This document shows, in pieces, positions 1-11,463 of a DNA stretch of 64,000 nucleotides. Both the position numbers and the translations under genes were made by a program. Position 1 is the stretch's first letter, and each line of letters opens with the position of its first letter. The notes beneath the pieces were generated by a model. It was not told where the DNA came from. It ran no database searches and saw nothing but the letters and a program-made list of their open reading frames with translations. This stretch comes from Chara braunii (Eukaryota > Plantae > Charophyceae): NCBI GenBank assembly GCA_003427395.1, contig BFEA01000004.1, forward strand, positions 4,994,982 to 5,058,981, in the 5' to 3' direction.

Positions 1-1745
1 AATTTCGAGTGAATTATTGTGTCGAGGAGCATGCAAAAAATAAAAAAATTATATATATATTTTTTTAGCTCACGTAACATACCTGTATCGCTTAATTTTG
101 ATAAGTTTTGAAATCCTTAATGCTTATATTTGCATATATTTTCTTGCTATGTTTTTTTTTTTCATTTCATATGTATTTTTTTAAATACACATCACTTCAT
201 CTTTTTTTTCTTTTTTTCTTTTTTTTCCTTGTGTTTTTCTTATTCTTTATTTCCTCAATATCACCCTCGTAGCTTTACAATTAACCGATTAATGCACAAA
301 ACAAGTACAACCCTTTGGTGCTCATTATTACCATCATTTATTATTGGATTGTTTGTATGACATTTTCTCTTTTTTTTCATTTTATATTTGAATATATGAA
401 AATGTGTTATATTTATTAATTCATATTGTTTTTGTTAACAACAAACTTTCTTTCTACATTTTTTCACAACAAGATCTAGGATGTCGTGCTCACAATCTTC
501 CTCTACAAAATGCATCTTATTGCAAACACGGTCACATTTTGAAACTTTTTTTTTTTTTTTTCCTCGTGTGTTTGTTATGAGTCTCATGCCAATGAGGCAG
601 GATGACATTCGTGATCTGCTCAATCTGTGTTTTCTTATAGGATTGTAACACTCATCACACTGACACTTAGAGAAATGTATCCAACCATTTTCACAACCGA
701 ATCCTTGTTTGTATTTTTTTTGTTTTTTTCTTTCGCTTTCCGAAATCTGACATCGGAATCCGTGATTTGCTCAAGTTGTGTTTCCTCAGAGGATTGTAAT
801 GCTAATCACACTAGTTGTTAGAGGAATGTATCCAACCATTTTCACGGTTGAATCCATGTTTCCGTTTTTTTTTTTTTTTTCCTTATCTTTCTTTGATCGA
901 CATCCTGGTCACGAGGTTGAGATACCCTCACTGAGGACACACTCACACTACCACTTCAAAGAATCTATACAACAACAATCACGGTCAAAGTTTTTTTTTT
1001 GTGAGGTTTACGGCTGCAAATTTTTTCTTTCTTTCGTGAGAGTACCAGAAGGAAAGTGAAGTGGGACCCAAGTTTGACAAAATTCGGAGTGGAGTGAAAT
1101 TCAAGCTCAACAAAAATAGGCTCGAAAATATTTGAGGTTTTAAAGTTTATTTGACAAAATAATTGTTAAAAAAAAAAGCATAATGCATTCCTACCTAGGC
1201 AACCCGAGTGACCCGGGACCACTTACCTGACAAGGCAAAGACTGAAATATAAATTAAAAAACTGAAATACAAAAAAATAAAATTTATTTTTATTTTAAAA
1301 TTGGTAAGTAATTTCGATGTGACCCTGAGACAAACGTTGTTCAGTTTATTTTTGTGCAAAACATAGTTGTTTTTCGTTTTTTTTTTTTTTTTTTTTTTTA
1401 CCTTCTGGGTTCCTTGCACAGTAGGACAACCCAGGAAAATAGGGTGACCCTGGCAGCCCGACTGGTAGCCTAGATACCTACCGTAAAATATAATTTATTA
1501 TTATTATTTTTTTTTTTTGAATTTCGTTGTTGGATTCAATATAGCCCTGAAAAAAAATTGTTTGTATTGAATTAATGTATTACTTTTTTTTTCTAACTCT
1601 TTTTAAAAAATAGAACTTGCAAAAATCTGAATATAAAATACATACATTGTATATGAATACAGTGTACATACGTTATATTCGAACGTACATTTTTTTTTTT
1701 CAGGTTAAGAAGGTAGTTAAAAAACTTACAGTACTATATGAATAC

Positions 1746-1776
1746 CTTATACACATCTAGATGTGTATAAGAGACA
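1746..1776. other. Nextera mate-pair junction adapter (Tn5 mosaic ends) - assembly artefact
   Basis: CTTATACACATCT+AGATGTGTATAAGAGACA back-to-back mosaic ends, embedded in a local triplication (~1660-1935). Confidence 0.95.
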
Positions 1777-2252
1777 AGTGTACATACGTTATATTCGAAC
1801 GTACATTTTTTTTTTTCAGGTTAAGAAGGTAGTTAAAAAACTTACAGTACTATATGAATACAGTGTACATACGTTATATTCGAACGTACATTTTTTTTTT
1901 TCAGGTTAAGAAGGTAGTTAAAAAACTTACAATACTGATAATAAATTGTTTTATTTTGCATAAAAACCTGTACTTTAAGGTTTGTCCACTTCCGTTGTTA
2001 TTTGTCTTGTTTCTTTCTGCGATCTTCTAATATTGTCGTGTGTGTTGTACAGTGTCACCACAACAACCATTTTTCCACCCATATGAGCAAACATAAAATG
2101 AAACAACTCCACCTTTATGCAATAACGTGAAGCATACTAAGATGAACATAGCCAATATTGAAACAACTTTACCTCTTTGGCAGTGCAAACAATATGAAGC
2201 AGAATAAAACCATATATTGAATTTTTCTTGTAAAGTTATTTTGTTGTTTTTT

Positions 2253-3968
2253 TTACTTTGGCTTTATTTGGGGTACCCCTTTCATCAGTTAAACTTCACT
2301 TTTACTATACCTCTAATATACAACGCTTGACAAATTGATTGTGGTTAAGTGTCAGTTCTTCAAATCCTCGTTTGCTATAATGACTTGCTTTGTCAAGTTT
2401 TGACTTTTTTTAGGCACCCCTTTTATCTCTTCAACTCCAATTTTATTACGCCTTTAAACCACAGGTCCCCCCGCCACCAAAAACCCCAGTCCCTGTGAGT
2501 TAGGGCCAGGTTGTAAGGAGGGGCGGCGACCGTACGGAGGCGCCGAGTTGTACGGAGGCCGACGGGTCCAATCCCGCCATTTTGCAAGCGGCAACTTTGC
2601 TGATTTTCTGTGCTCAGAAAAAGTCATAAAAATATATAAAAAATTGAGGTTCCGTAGATTAGGTCGTGATCTTTCAGGAAAAAATGTCAGAAAAAAAATA
2701 AAATCATTTTGACGGTGAAATATTTGTCGTGCCGATTCGTTTTATTTCCATTTTTTTTCGCAAGTTTCATACAGAGGCCCGCCCAGTTTTCCACGCTGTA
2801 CGACCGGTACCCGTCGTGAAACGGCGCTACCGGTACCTCGAGGTTCTTGACATCAGGGGGACCTGTGGTTTAACATACCAAGGGCTGATACATTAATTGT
2901 GGTTAAGTGCAAACTGTCCACACCCTACTATGTCGTTAAGCGCAAGTTGTTCATATCCTAGTGTGCCTTAATACCTAACTTTCACGCTATAAAAGTAAGC
3001 AGAGTAAAATGAAAGGTATATTCCTATTTATTTTTTTCCATATCTTCAACTTATATTTTGTTGATCATCTTAATAATACCTATTTATATACATTTTAAGT
3101 ATTAGTAGACAAAAGTTTGTGACGTCCTACAAAACGCGAGGGGTGGGGGTGGAAAAAAAGGGAGATTGGAGAAATAGAGGGATAAAAATATAGAGAAAAA
3201 ATAAAATGCATAGCGCTCTTTAAACTAATACTGGTTGCTGGAGCAAACTACTGTAAATGACCCAATGACCAACCAATATTTGGGTTGTAGGGAGATTGAC
3301 AAATTGATTTGGGGTACCTCTTTTTTTACTTTGACTTTATTTAGAGAACCCCTTTTATCAGTTAAACTCCACTTTTACTATACCTATAATATATAAGGCT
3401 TGGCAAATTGATACTGGTTAAGCGCAAGATGTCAGTGTGCTATAATGACTTGCCTTGTCCACTTTTGACTTTCTTTGGGGTCCCCCTTTTATCTCTTCAA
3501 TTCCAATTCAATTGCGCCTTTAACAAATCAAAGTTTGATACATTAATTGTGGTTAGGCACAAGATGTCAACATCCTAGTGTATCGTTAAGCGCAAGCTGT
3601 CCATATCCTAGTGTGCCATAATAACCCACTTTCACACTATAAAAATAAGTAGAGTAAAATGAAAGGTGTATTTATATTTTTTTTTTTTCATGTCTTCAAC
3701 TTATATTTTGTTGATTATCTTAATAATGCCTATTCATATACATTTTAAATATTAGTAGACAAGAGTTGAAAGAAAAGAAAGAGGTAGGGATTGACGTCCT
3801 ACAAGAAGAAAGGGGTGAGGGTGAAAAAAAAGGGAGATGGGGGAAATGGAGGGATAAAAAACATAGAGGAAAAATAAAATTCATAACGCTTTTCGAACTA
3901 ATACTTGTTGCTGGAGCAAACTACTATAAATGACCCAATGACCAACCAATATTTAGGTTGCAGGGAGA
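2253..3968 (+). repeat. Diverged tandem duplication (~650-bp unit; first copy carries a MITE)
   Basis: 2253-3298 and ~3325-3968 share colinear blocks (ATCAGTTAAAC, GCTGGAGCAAACTACT...GACCAACCAATATTT). The second copy has an empty CCTTTAA site. Confidence 0.85.
2458..2869. mobile_element. MITE with 14-bp TIRs and TTAA target-site duplication
   Basis: ACCACAGGTCCCCC (2458-2471) / GGGGGACCTGTGGT (2856-2869); TTAA at 2454-2457 and 2870-2873; absent from the paralogous copy at ~3518. Confidence 0.9.
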
Positions 3969-6046
3969 TGGAGATAAGGAGCGACCGTTACCTATCGCAA
4001 GTGTCCCCCGCTACATACCGGATGTGACCGATTTTAATGTGGATTATGCAAGCATTGCATCAAATTCTTGCAGTTGCAGTTGCTGCACAAAATAGTACGG
4101 TGTAGACAAATGTCACACACTATGTGACTTCTAATACTTACAACATAGAGACGAACAAACCCCAATTGCATCAAAATTGTCGTTCCAACCTTTATTTACA
4201 AGCAAGTCATGTCATATTGGGGTGTCATATCGTCATCATACTTATAAAAACAAAAATTTGCATTAGCTATAACTTGATAATGCTCACGACACAAAGCATG
4301 TTAGTCATATACTAGTCAAATCTCTGATGGCCATTACAATGTGTGGTTGAGCAAGTCTCTTAGATTTCAGCAACTAGTATCTCATTTTTATGGACAGGTG
4401 ATGATGAAGTTTGATCTAAATTACAAGTGTTTGGGTGTTGTAGAATCTGGTTTGCAACACCTCAGCCTAATATTTCAAAACGCACTCTATGTGGTTTATG
4501 AAAACGTTTTTCCACCTCCAGTGCAGCGTTTGTTGCTCATTTGCATGCATAAAGAGGAGGTGGGTGGCGATGGCATCGTGCAACAAGACACACACTTTCC
4601 ATGACGTCCCAACAGGAAACAAGTTGATGTTCTCAGTTATTTAAGCATGGCATGTAAATGTCACAATGGTGCATCAGACAAGCTATAAGGTGGGGGCGTG
4701 GATGGGTGCAATACAAAGGGTTATAATTTTTATAGCATTGGCCGACGGTGACCAGCAAAGATTGTGTCATGTGCATGTTAATTGAATTACCTGCGTGAAG
4801 ACACAATGTCATGACACAACCACCTTCCTTTATAATGACCCTTTATCTGCAGCCTGAGCGTACGTTATCCTATCAGATTCTACCACTACAAAGGGAAAAG
4901 ACGCTACTCGACCATGCTCAGGGGAGCGGTGAGGGTAGGTCAAATACCTCTTTGAAGGCTATAGAGCTTGCATGTGCTTATCCGCACACCGTTGCTGACT
5001 GACTAAACAGTCCGACTGAGATTCTCTAAGTCGCTAATAGAAAGAGGTAATATTTTTCACAGGGGTCACCTTACTACCATTATCCAATAAGGTATGCATT
5101 AGGTAACAACATTGAAATGATCCGGGTGATATTGAATGTACACACAAACAATTGGTTCCATGTTTAACATATAATTTCATTAAGCGGACTGAAGTTGCAG
5201 TCGTCTTTCGATAAATGCCATAGATAGTACTTCTACATTAACGGCAACCGCAACACTGGCATCCTCTGGGCATATCACAATGTTCTTATCCTATCCATCG
5301 ACCAAGTTTTGCGAAATTTACAAACAGTATAGAGTTGCAATTGTAAGCGAGGAGGCATATATCAATAACAAAGTAGGTATAGTGGCCTCGTTATAGATAA
5401 TTTGATTCTGCAGATTGCATAGTAAAGATAGGTTCAAGTTCATTCCGGTCTGACACCACCACTACCTTTCTCAGTGTTGGGAAAAGCGGGAATATATTTC
5501 ACACTGCATTTTTCGGGGGTATGGGGGAGGCTCGACCAAAAATCAAATGTTTGGGCCTTACGGACCCGCGTGTAATAGAAAAGAAAAAAAAAGGTTGAAC
5601 GAGACTGTAAGTTCGAGGTGGTATGTCGGAAAGGCTGTGAAAGATGTAGTACTCATATGAATACTATGAATAATGTATTTGCCCACTATTTGAGCTAATT
5701 TCAACTTTGTCTTACTTGTTGTTGTTGTTTTTCTTGTTTTGTTTTGTTTTATTACCCTACCAACGAGGTAGGGCGCCATCCAAGGGCTGCTGACACTAAG
5801 TCACGAAAGGGACACTCACAGTTGTGGTGATGATGATGTATCGAACCGCTGTTCTGGGTATAGCATGTAGTTTTTTTTTTTTTTCTATCTTTCACCTTAC
5901 AACGCCCCATGGGCTACTGACACTAAGTGGCGAAAAGGACACTCACTCTACAACGGATGGTGATGTATCAACCTGCTTTCCTTGGTATAGTAAGTAGTTT
6001 CATTTTTTTATCTTTCACATGACAACGTCGTTCTAACGCCCTCACT

Positions 6047-6626
6047 TAGATGAGGATGAAATCTCACACAGATAAGAGAACAGTGCAAGAGTGTCGTCAC
6101 ACTAAAGTGAGCAACAACGTAAGAGTATTGTCACACTAAAGTGAGCAACAACGTAGATAACTCAGTGAAGCAAATCTTTCATAACAATCCACAATCCCAA
6201 GAACCGCCAATCGTACCACAGTCCCTAAGGCTTTGACGGTTGTCGTAAACGACAGCAGTCGTTGCTATTTCCACCTGAAAGAGGTTGTTACCACTAAACA
6301 TCTACGTATATATAGGAGCGAGGCGCTACCTCCATACGGTATAGACCAAAACAAATGAAAAACGTGGTACAAACAAGAACCAGAGGGTTCAAAGTAGGTA
6401 CCAGCACTAACCAAAGGTACCGAACTATAGGGCCTTGTACTGCAACTACCAAAAGCAGGACCAATCCTAGACAAAGGCAAAACCAAAACCAAACGATACA
6501 TCCGGGTCTGATCCGGATAAAGATCGTACCGAAAATGACCGGGTCAACGGTCCCGAAAATCTCCCTGTTAGAGTAAAAAAAACATCGTATCAAAGGTACA
6601 ATCACAAAACTAAAGTCCCAAGTCCT
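6047..6626 (-). repeat. 3' direct terminal repeat (pLTR) of the PLE
   Basis: About 95% identical by eye to 10875-11463; differences mostly transitions plus two small indels. Confidence 0.92.
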
Positions 6627-6655
6627 AACACAAGACCCTGTCAAAATCCAAAGGC

Positions 6656-8828
6656 CTAAGACAAATATCGAACTACCAGCTGCCAGACGTCACCCCGTCT
6701 TAATGCAAAACGTTTTAGAACGTGCATGAAGAAGTCCTTGGGGAAGTCCTTAAGAGCCATTTCAAGTTGTAAGGTCAAAACTCTGTCTGGGATCTCAGAA
6801 CGAATAGAGGTGTTTCTGTCAATCCTGTGTAGGTAACTTCTGATAATGACACTCTTTTGTCTTTTGCATCCCCATGAATGAAAAGATTTCCCGTTCTGAA
6901 TTTTCAACTTATCGGATACCCACACACAGTCTTCATTATTGGACAGTTGTACACAACCAAGGTAAGGATACGATTGCGAGGTTCACACTTCACAACCCAA
7001 AAACTCAAAAGTTCTCGATCCATCATCAGTCCGCTTCAGTTGCAGGTTCTCAGGGTAACAGCTTTGGAACAACTTCAGAATCCAATCACGAATACCTACA
7101 TCCCGATATGATACTGCCAACATTACATCATCAATCAGTCGTGTAACAAAAACCAATCTGGCTGATCTGTCCAGGGTACTGATGAAACTGTACTCAGAAT
7201 AGGTACACATGATACAAGCAAGGGGAGGACTAGTACTTTTACCCATCGATATCCCCAATTCCTGGTTCAAGATCACACTTGTAGCGAAAAAATACGTATG
7301 GGAAATATCGATAAACAAAAAGTTCCGAATATCAACAAGGTCCAATTTCCGCCAGTGATCACTGCCAGTGGATTCCCCAAAGCTTACCCCCTTTCCTTTT
7401 GTGTTAGCTCTTACAAAGGTACGATTTCTTGCCAGATGATAGGACAAAAGTCAATCTATGGCATTGAAGATCGCCGTATGAGGCAATTTGCTACATTTAT
7501 TTGATATCAAAGGATTGCGTTTCAATCATTTGGCCAGAACCTAGACGATAGAAACGTTCATTCGCCTCACGCAACCGATTGGCCAGATCAGAGACCGATC
7601 TCAGATTGAAATGCCAATTTTTTGGCAACCTCATTAGCAGAAAGTTCAAACACTTAGCAACAATTCTCCCAGTTTTAACCATAGGTTCATTGAAGGAAGG
7701 ACAAACCGGTCGATATCTGCTTAAGTCATTTTGCTTAGGGATGACATAAGTAGATCCAAACCCACCGTTCCTATCCCATTTGACAAACTTCTGCAGACCT
7801 CCAGCTGTCATGTCCTCACGAATTTCACGAAGGAGAATCCCTTTCGATGCTCGCATTACCCGGTACCCATTATTAAACACAAACGTCGTTAGCATAGCTT
7901 CGTGGTAAACAACCGGACACATCACAACTGACTTACCCGGGTTACGATCAATCCCAGTAATTACCAACCCCTCCGAACGGTTCTTCAAATCGAGCACATC
8001 AGTCATCGCCAGAGAATTGTCAGAGCAAGAGGACCTCACAAAGCAAGATTGAAGTGCGTCAAACAGCACCGGGGGTGCCCTGTTTTTACAGTTATGCCAA
8101 CCTTCAAAACCCCGAATCAATTCTTCACGAAGAGACGACAGTTGGTCACTAATAGCTCCTCGCGGTATGTTATTCGCATTCGATAGAAGAGGGTGAATCC
8201 TCTCCATCTCACTGAGGCGGAAGAAGACGTGCCCTTCCAAACGAAGGGAAGGAAAAGTCTGCGCAATTGCAGACCAACACAACACATCGCGAGCAGCAAA
8301 GCTACGCTGATTGTGCAGAATATCAGATACCGAAGGGTTCTTAACCCAAACGATACGAATCTTCTTCCTTGCTCTACTAAAAAAACAATATGGCAAATCA
8401 CATAACATGAGCAAATCGTTGGCAACCTTCCTAAGTTCCGAAATACGAATACGATCATCAAACTTTATGCGAAAAATCAAGTCAGCACAAAGGCTCAAAT
8501 CGAAACGTTCACGAGAACATCGAAAGATCAAGCGATGTAAGTACTTTCTCGTAGATTTACAAGAAAAGTCCTTTACAACATTATATATACGCAAGATAGA
8601 ACGCATACTCCATCGATACAATTCATGCAGATTACGCGGGTTCTTCAAGATCCCGATCAAAACCTGCTTCAGGTAGCTACATCGTGGTTTCCATTTGCAC
8701 ACAAACACAATTTCAAAAATACCACCAGCCTCAATAGCAGATTTACTTTCCCTCAAACGGAGAATACGATCTTCACATCGTAATTTCGTCTCGCCAAAAG
8801 CACGGATAAGTTTCTTCCAAGATGGGCA
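6656..8828 (-). pseudogene. PLE reverse transcriptase (disrupted)
   Basis: Motifs YVIPKQNDLSRYRPV, SFDIK (followed by stop/frameshift at ~7497), QELGISMGKSTSPPLA, RLIDDV, FEFLG; C-terminal part in 6656-6925. Confidence 0.9.
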
Positions 8829-9506
8829 CTAGATATTCCCTCCTTCAGAACGAAAACCAATTTTTGTGTTTCTGTTAGATAAAGTTTCGTCCAAAATTCT
8901 ATAAAAATCAACTTTCCAACTGCTGGACAAAGATCTCAGACGGCGAATTGGTTTTACGTCTACACAACCAATGGAAACCTTTCTCTCCTTGCCACGCTCG
9001 TGTTTTCCCGGCTTACACTTTCTGCCTGACTTCGGTGCACTCTTACAACCTGAGGTGTTTAAGAAAGGGGACCATTGATTAATATATACAGCTTCCAATT
9101 TAGGCAAATCTGAACCGACCAACACATCAACTGGGATCAAGACATAGTTACCAATACCGAAAGAGCTTAACCAACAATGGAAATGAGATTGGTTACGAGT
9201 CCTACACTTATATATGTGTTCGCGCCAACGGATGTTAACATCACGAGTAGATTGACCAACATAAAAAGATTTACAAAATGGAGAGATCGCTATATAAACG
9301 TAGTTCGTCAATCCCAAGAAACCCAAACCATGTCGATTATAGAGTTGAACCCATGTGGGTACAAACTTAGCACCCCATCGGATCTCATTATCCGAAACTA
9401 GCAACAAGACGACAATACGAAGTAGTCGCTCAATCTTACGGTTAACGGAGAATGATTGACAACGCAAACGAGTCAAAAACTTACAAAGTCGCCATAACTG
9501 TGACAC
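8829..9506 (-). CDS. GIY-YIG endonuclease domain of the PLE
   Basis: YVYIAISPFCKSFYVGQSTRDVNIRWREH...LEAVYINQWSPFLN: both Tyr motifs plus the conserved R, H, E and N residues. Confidence 0.9.
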   Translation of the reverse strand: MSQLWRLCKFLTRLRCQSFSVNRKIERLLRIVVLLLVSDNEIRWGAKFVPTWVQLYNRHGLGFLGLTNYVYIAISPFCKSFYVGQSTRDVNIRWREHIYKCRTRNQSHFHCWLSSFGIGNYVLIPVDVLVGSDLPKLEAVYINQWSPFLNTSGCKSAPKSGRKCKPGKHERGKERKVSIGCVDVKPIRRLRSLSSSWKVDFYRILDETLSNRNTKIGFRSEGGNI

Positions 9507-9518
9507 ACTGAAGTCACA

Positions 9519-10754
9519 TCACTCCAACACTTCATCTTGTTGAACCGTACCGGCATCCGATTCGAGCGCAATCACATCGGCTTTCACAGGAGATCCATCT
9601 CCGAGGGTAAGTTGTGCCCTGTGTTCGGCAATATAAAAAATGACATCGATTTTTTTGTCGTAATGGATGCCTTCTTCCTTACAGATCTTCTGCAACTCTG
9701 GAGCTTCAAGGTCCTTGAGCTCCTTCATAACAACATCCTTGTATCTCATTCTTGCCAGCGATACCTTTGTTGCAGAGGTCGTTGCCGGCGACGCCTTCTT
9801 GATGGCCGACTTCCTATGAGTCAACGGTGTCTTCATCGGAGAAACACGCTTCCTACTTCCGCGGGTCTTCCGACCCACTGGTGTATTCTCTCCCTGGTTC
9901 GCCTTCGTACGTGTGAGGCACATACATAACTTCACCGGCTTCACTGTACCACGCATAGGGGTACGTTTAGCCGGCGACTCCATCGGCGGGCTGTCCTCAA
10001 AAACAGGTTCAGGACCACGCTTCCTCTTGTCGGTGATACTCAGTTTTCCAGTCTTCTCCTTAATTTTCTGTGTCACGCTCGTGTTGCTTCGTTCCTGACT
10101 GTCGCTGGATGACGAGTATCCCTCGGATATATACTCCATCTTTTGCTTCCCTTTCTCTTGCTGCGGTGGAAAACAAGCTGGTAATACCGTTTGCTTAATT
10201 TCAGCGATGAACTCGTCATTCATCTCATGCAGGTCCATACACATCTCCAACCTCAGGTCCTTCCTCATCTCAGCTCGTTGCTCAGCCTCTTTGCGCAACT
10301 TCTCTTTCTTCTTTAACGCCTGCTTCTCACACTTCTTTGCTTCTTCGGCCTCAAACCGCTTCGCCTCGGCTTTCAAGTTCTTCAATTTGCGGCGTGCTTT
10401 CTCCTCCTTCCTCCTGGCTTCGATCTCGTATTGCGTCTTTATCACTCCAATACTTTTAGTCAATTTCGCAATCTGGAAATGCACACCAGAATCTCTCGGT
10501 GATGAGTGATGACACCTACTATGATAGCGTCGTGGAGTTCGAGAACGTTGCGAGCCGCTGGATGTCGACGGTCTTGACGAGTAACTCCTCCGGCCCCTGT
10601 TGGGGCATTGATTTGCATAATGGCCCACCTCGTTGCAATTGAAACAAGTAGGTGCCCGATGCTGTCTCCATTCGGTGTGATCACCAGCACCTTGATCACT
10701 TTCACGACCATGTGCGTTTCTGCCATCACGCTGTTCGGAATTCGGCATCTTCAA
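9519..10754 (-). CDS. PLE ORF1: Gag-like CCHC zinc knuckle, coiled coil and SAP/HeH-like domain
   Basis: CFNCNEVGHYANQC (CX2CX4HX4C); E/K/R-rich helix; LEAPELQKICKEEGIHYDKKIDVIFYI resembles a SAP helix-extension-helix. Confidence 0.8.
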   Translation of the reverse strand: MKMPNSEQRDGRNAHGRESDQGAGDHTEWRQHRAPTCFNCNEVGHYANQCPNRGRRSYSSRPSTSSGSQRSRTPRRYHSRCHHSSPRDSGVHFQIAKLTKSIGVIKTQYEIEARRKEEKARRKLKNLKAEAKRFEAEEAKKCEKQALKKKEKLRKEAEQRAEMRKDLRLEMCMDLHEMNDEFIAEIKQTVLPACFPPQQEKGKQKMEYISEGYSSSSDSQERSNTSVTQKIKEKTGKLSITDKRKRGPEPVFEDSPPMESPAKRTPMRGTVKPVKLCMCLTRTKANQGENTPVGRKTRGSRKRVSPMKTPLTHRKSAIKKASPATTSATKVSLARMRYKDVVMKELKDLEAPELQKICKEEGIHYDKKIDVIFYIAEHRAQLTLGDGSPVKADVIALESDAGTVQQDEVLE

Positions 10755-10874
10755 GAAGAAGTACCCACCAAGCTTCGACCATACAAGTCACCGAGTACAA
10801 GTTACCCGAAATCCGGGTAAGCACGCTCACTCTGCCCGACAGAAGACTCCACGTAAGTTCACGTGTGCAGTCCG

Positions 10875-11463
10875 TAGATTAGGATGAAATCTCACACAGA
10901 TAAGAGAACAGTGCAAGAGTGTCGTCACACTAAAGTGAGCAACAACGTAAGAGTGTCGTCACACTAAAGTGAGCAACAATGTAGACAACAACGTAGATAA
11001 CTCAGTGAAACAAATCTTTCATAACAATCCACAATCCCAAGAACCACCAATCGTACCACAGTCCCTAAGGCTTTGACGACTGCCGTAAACGACAACAGTC
11101 GTTGCCATTTCCACCTGAAAGAGGTCGTTACCACTAAGCATCTACGTATATATAGGAGCGAAGCGCTACCTCCATACGGTAACCAAAACAAATAAAAAAC
11201 GTGGTACAAACAAGAACCAGAGGGTTCAAAGTAGGTACCAGCGCTAACCAAAGGTACCGAACTATAGGGCCCTGTACTGCAACTACCAAAAGTAGGACCA
11301 ATCCTAGATAAAGGCAAAACCAAAACCAAACAATACGTCCGGGTCTGATCCGGATAAAGATCGTACCAAAAATGACCGGGTCAACGGTCCCAAAAATCTC
11401 CCTGTCAGAGTCTAAAAAACATTGTATCAAAGGTACAATTACAAAACTAAAGTCCCAAGTCCT
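10875..11463 (-). repeat. 5' direct terminal repeat (pLTR) of the PLE
   Basis: Direct repeat of 6047-6626; contains a TATATATA candidate TATA box (~11147-11154); no TG...CA ends and no TGG primer-binding site. Confidence 0.92.

Larger units (their letters stand above)
6047..11460 (-). mobile_element. Penelope-like retroelement (N-terminal GIY-YIG, Chlamys-type domain order) with direct terminal repeats
   Basis: CCHC/SAP-like ORF, GIY-YIG endonuclease and PLE-type RT between ~580-bp direct repeats; TSD CCTCACT at 6040-6046 and 11461-11467; no integrase, protease or RNase H motifs seen. Confidence 0.88.

Noticed and set aside
6047-11460. Ty3/Copia LTR retrotransposon or DIRS
   Set aside because: No protease, RNase H, integrase or tyrosine recombinase motifs; GIY-YIG and PLE-type RT instead.
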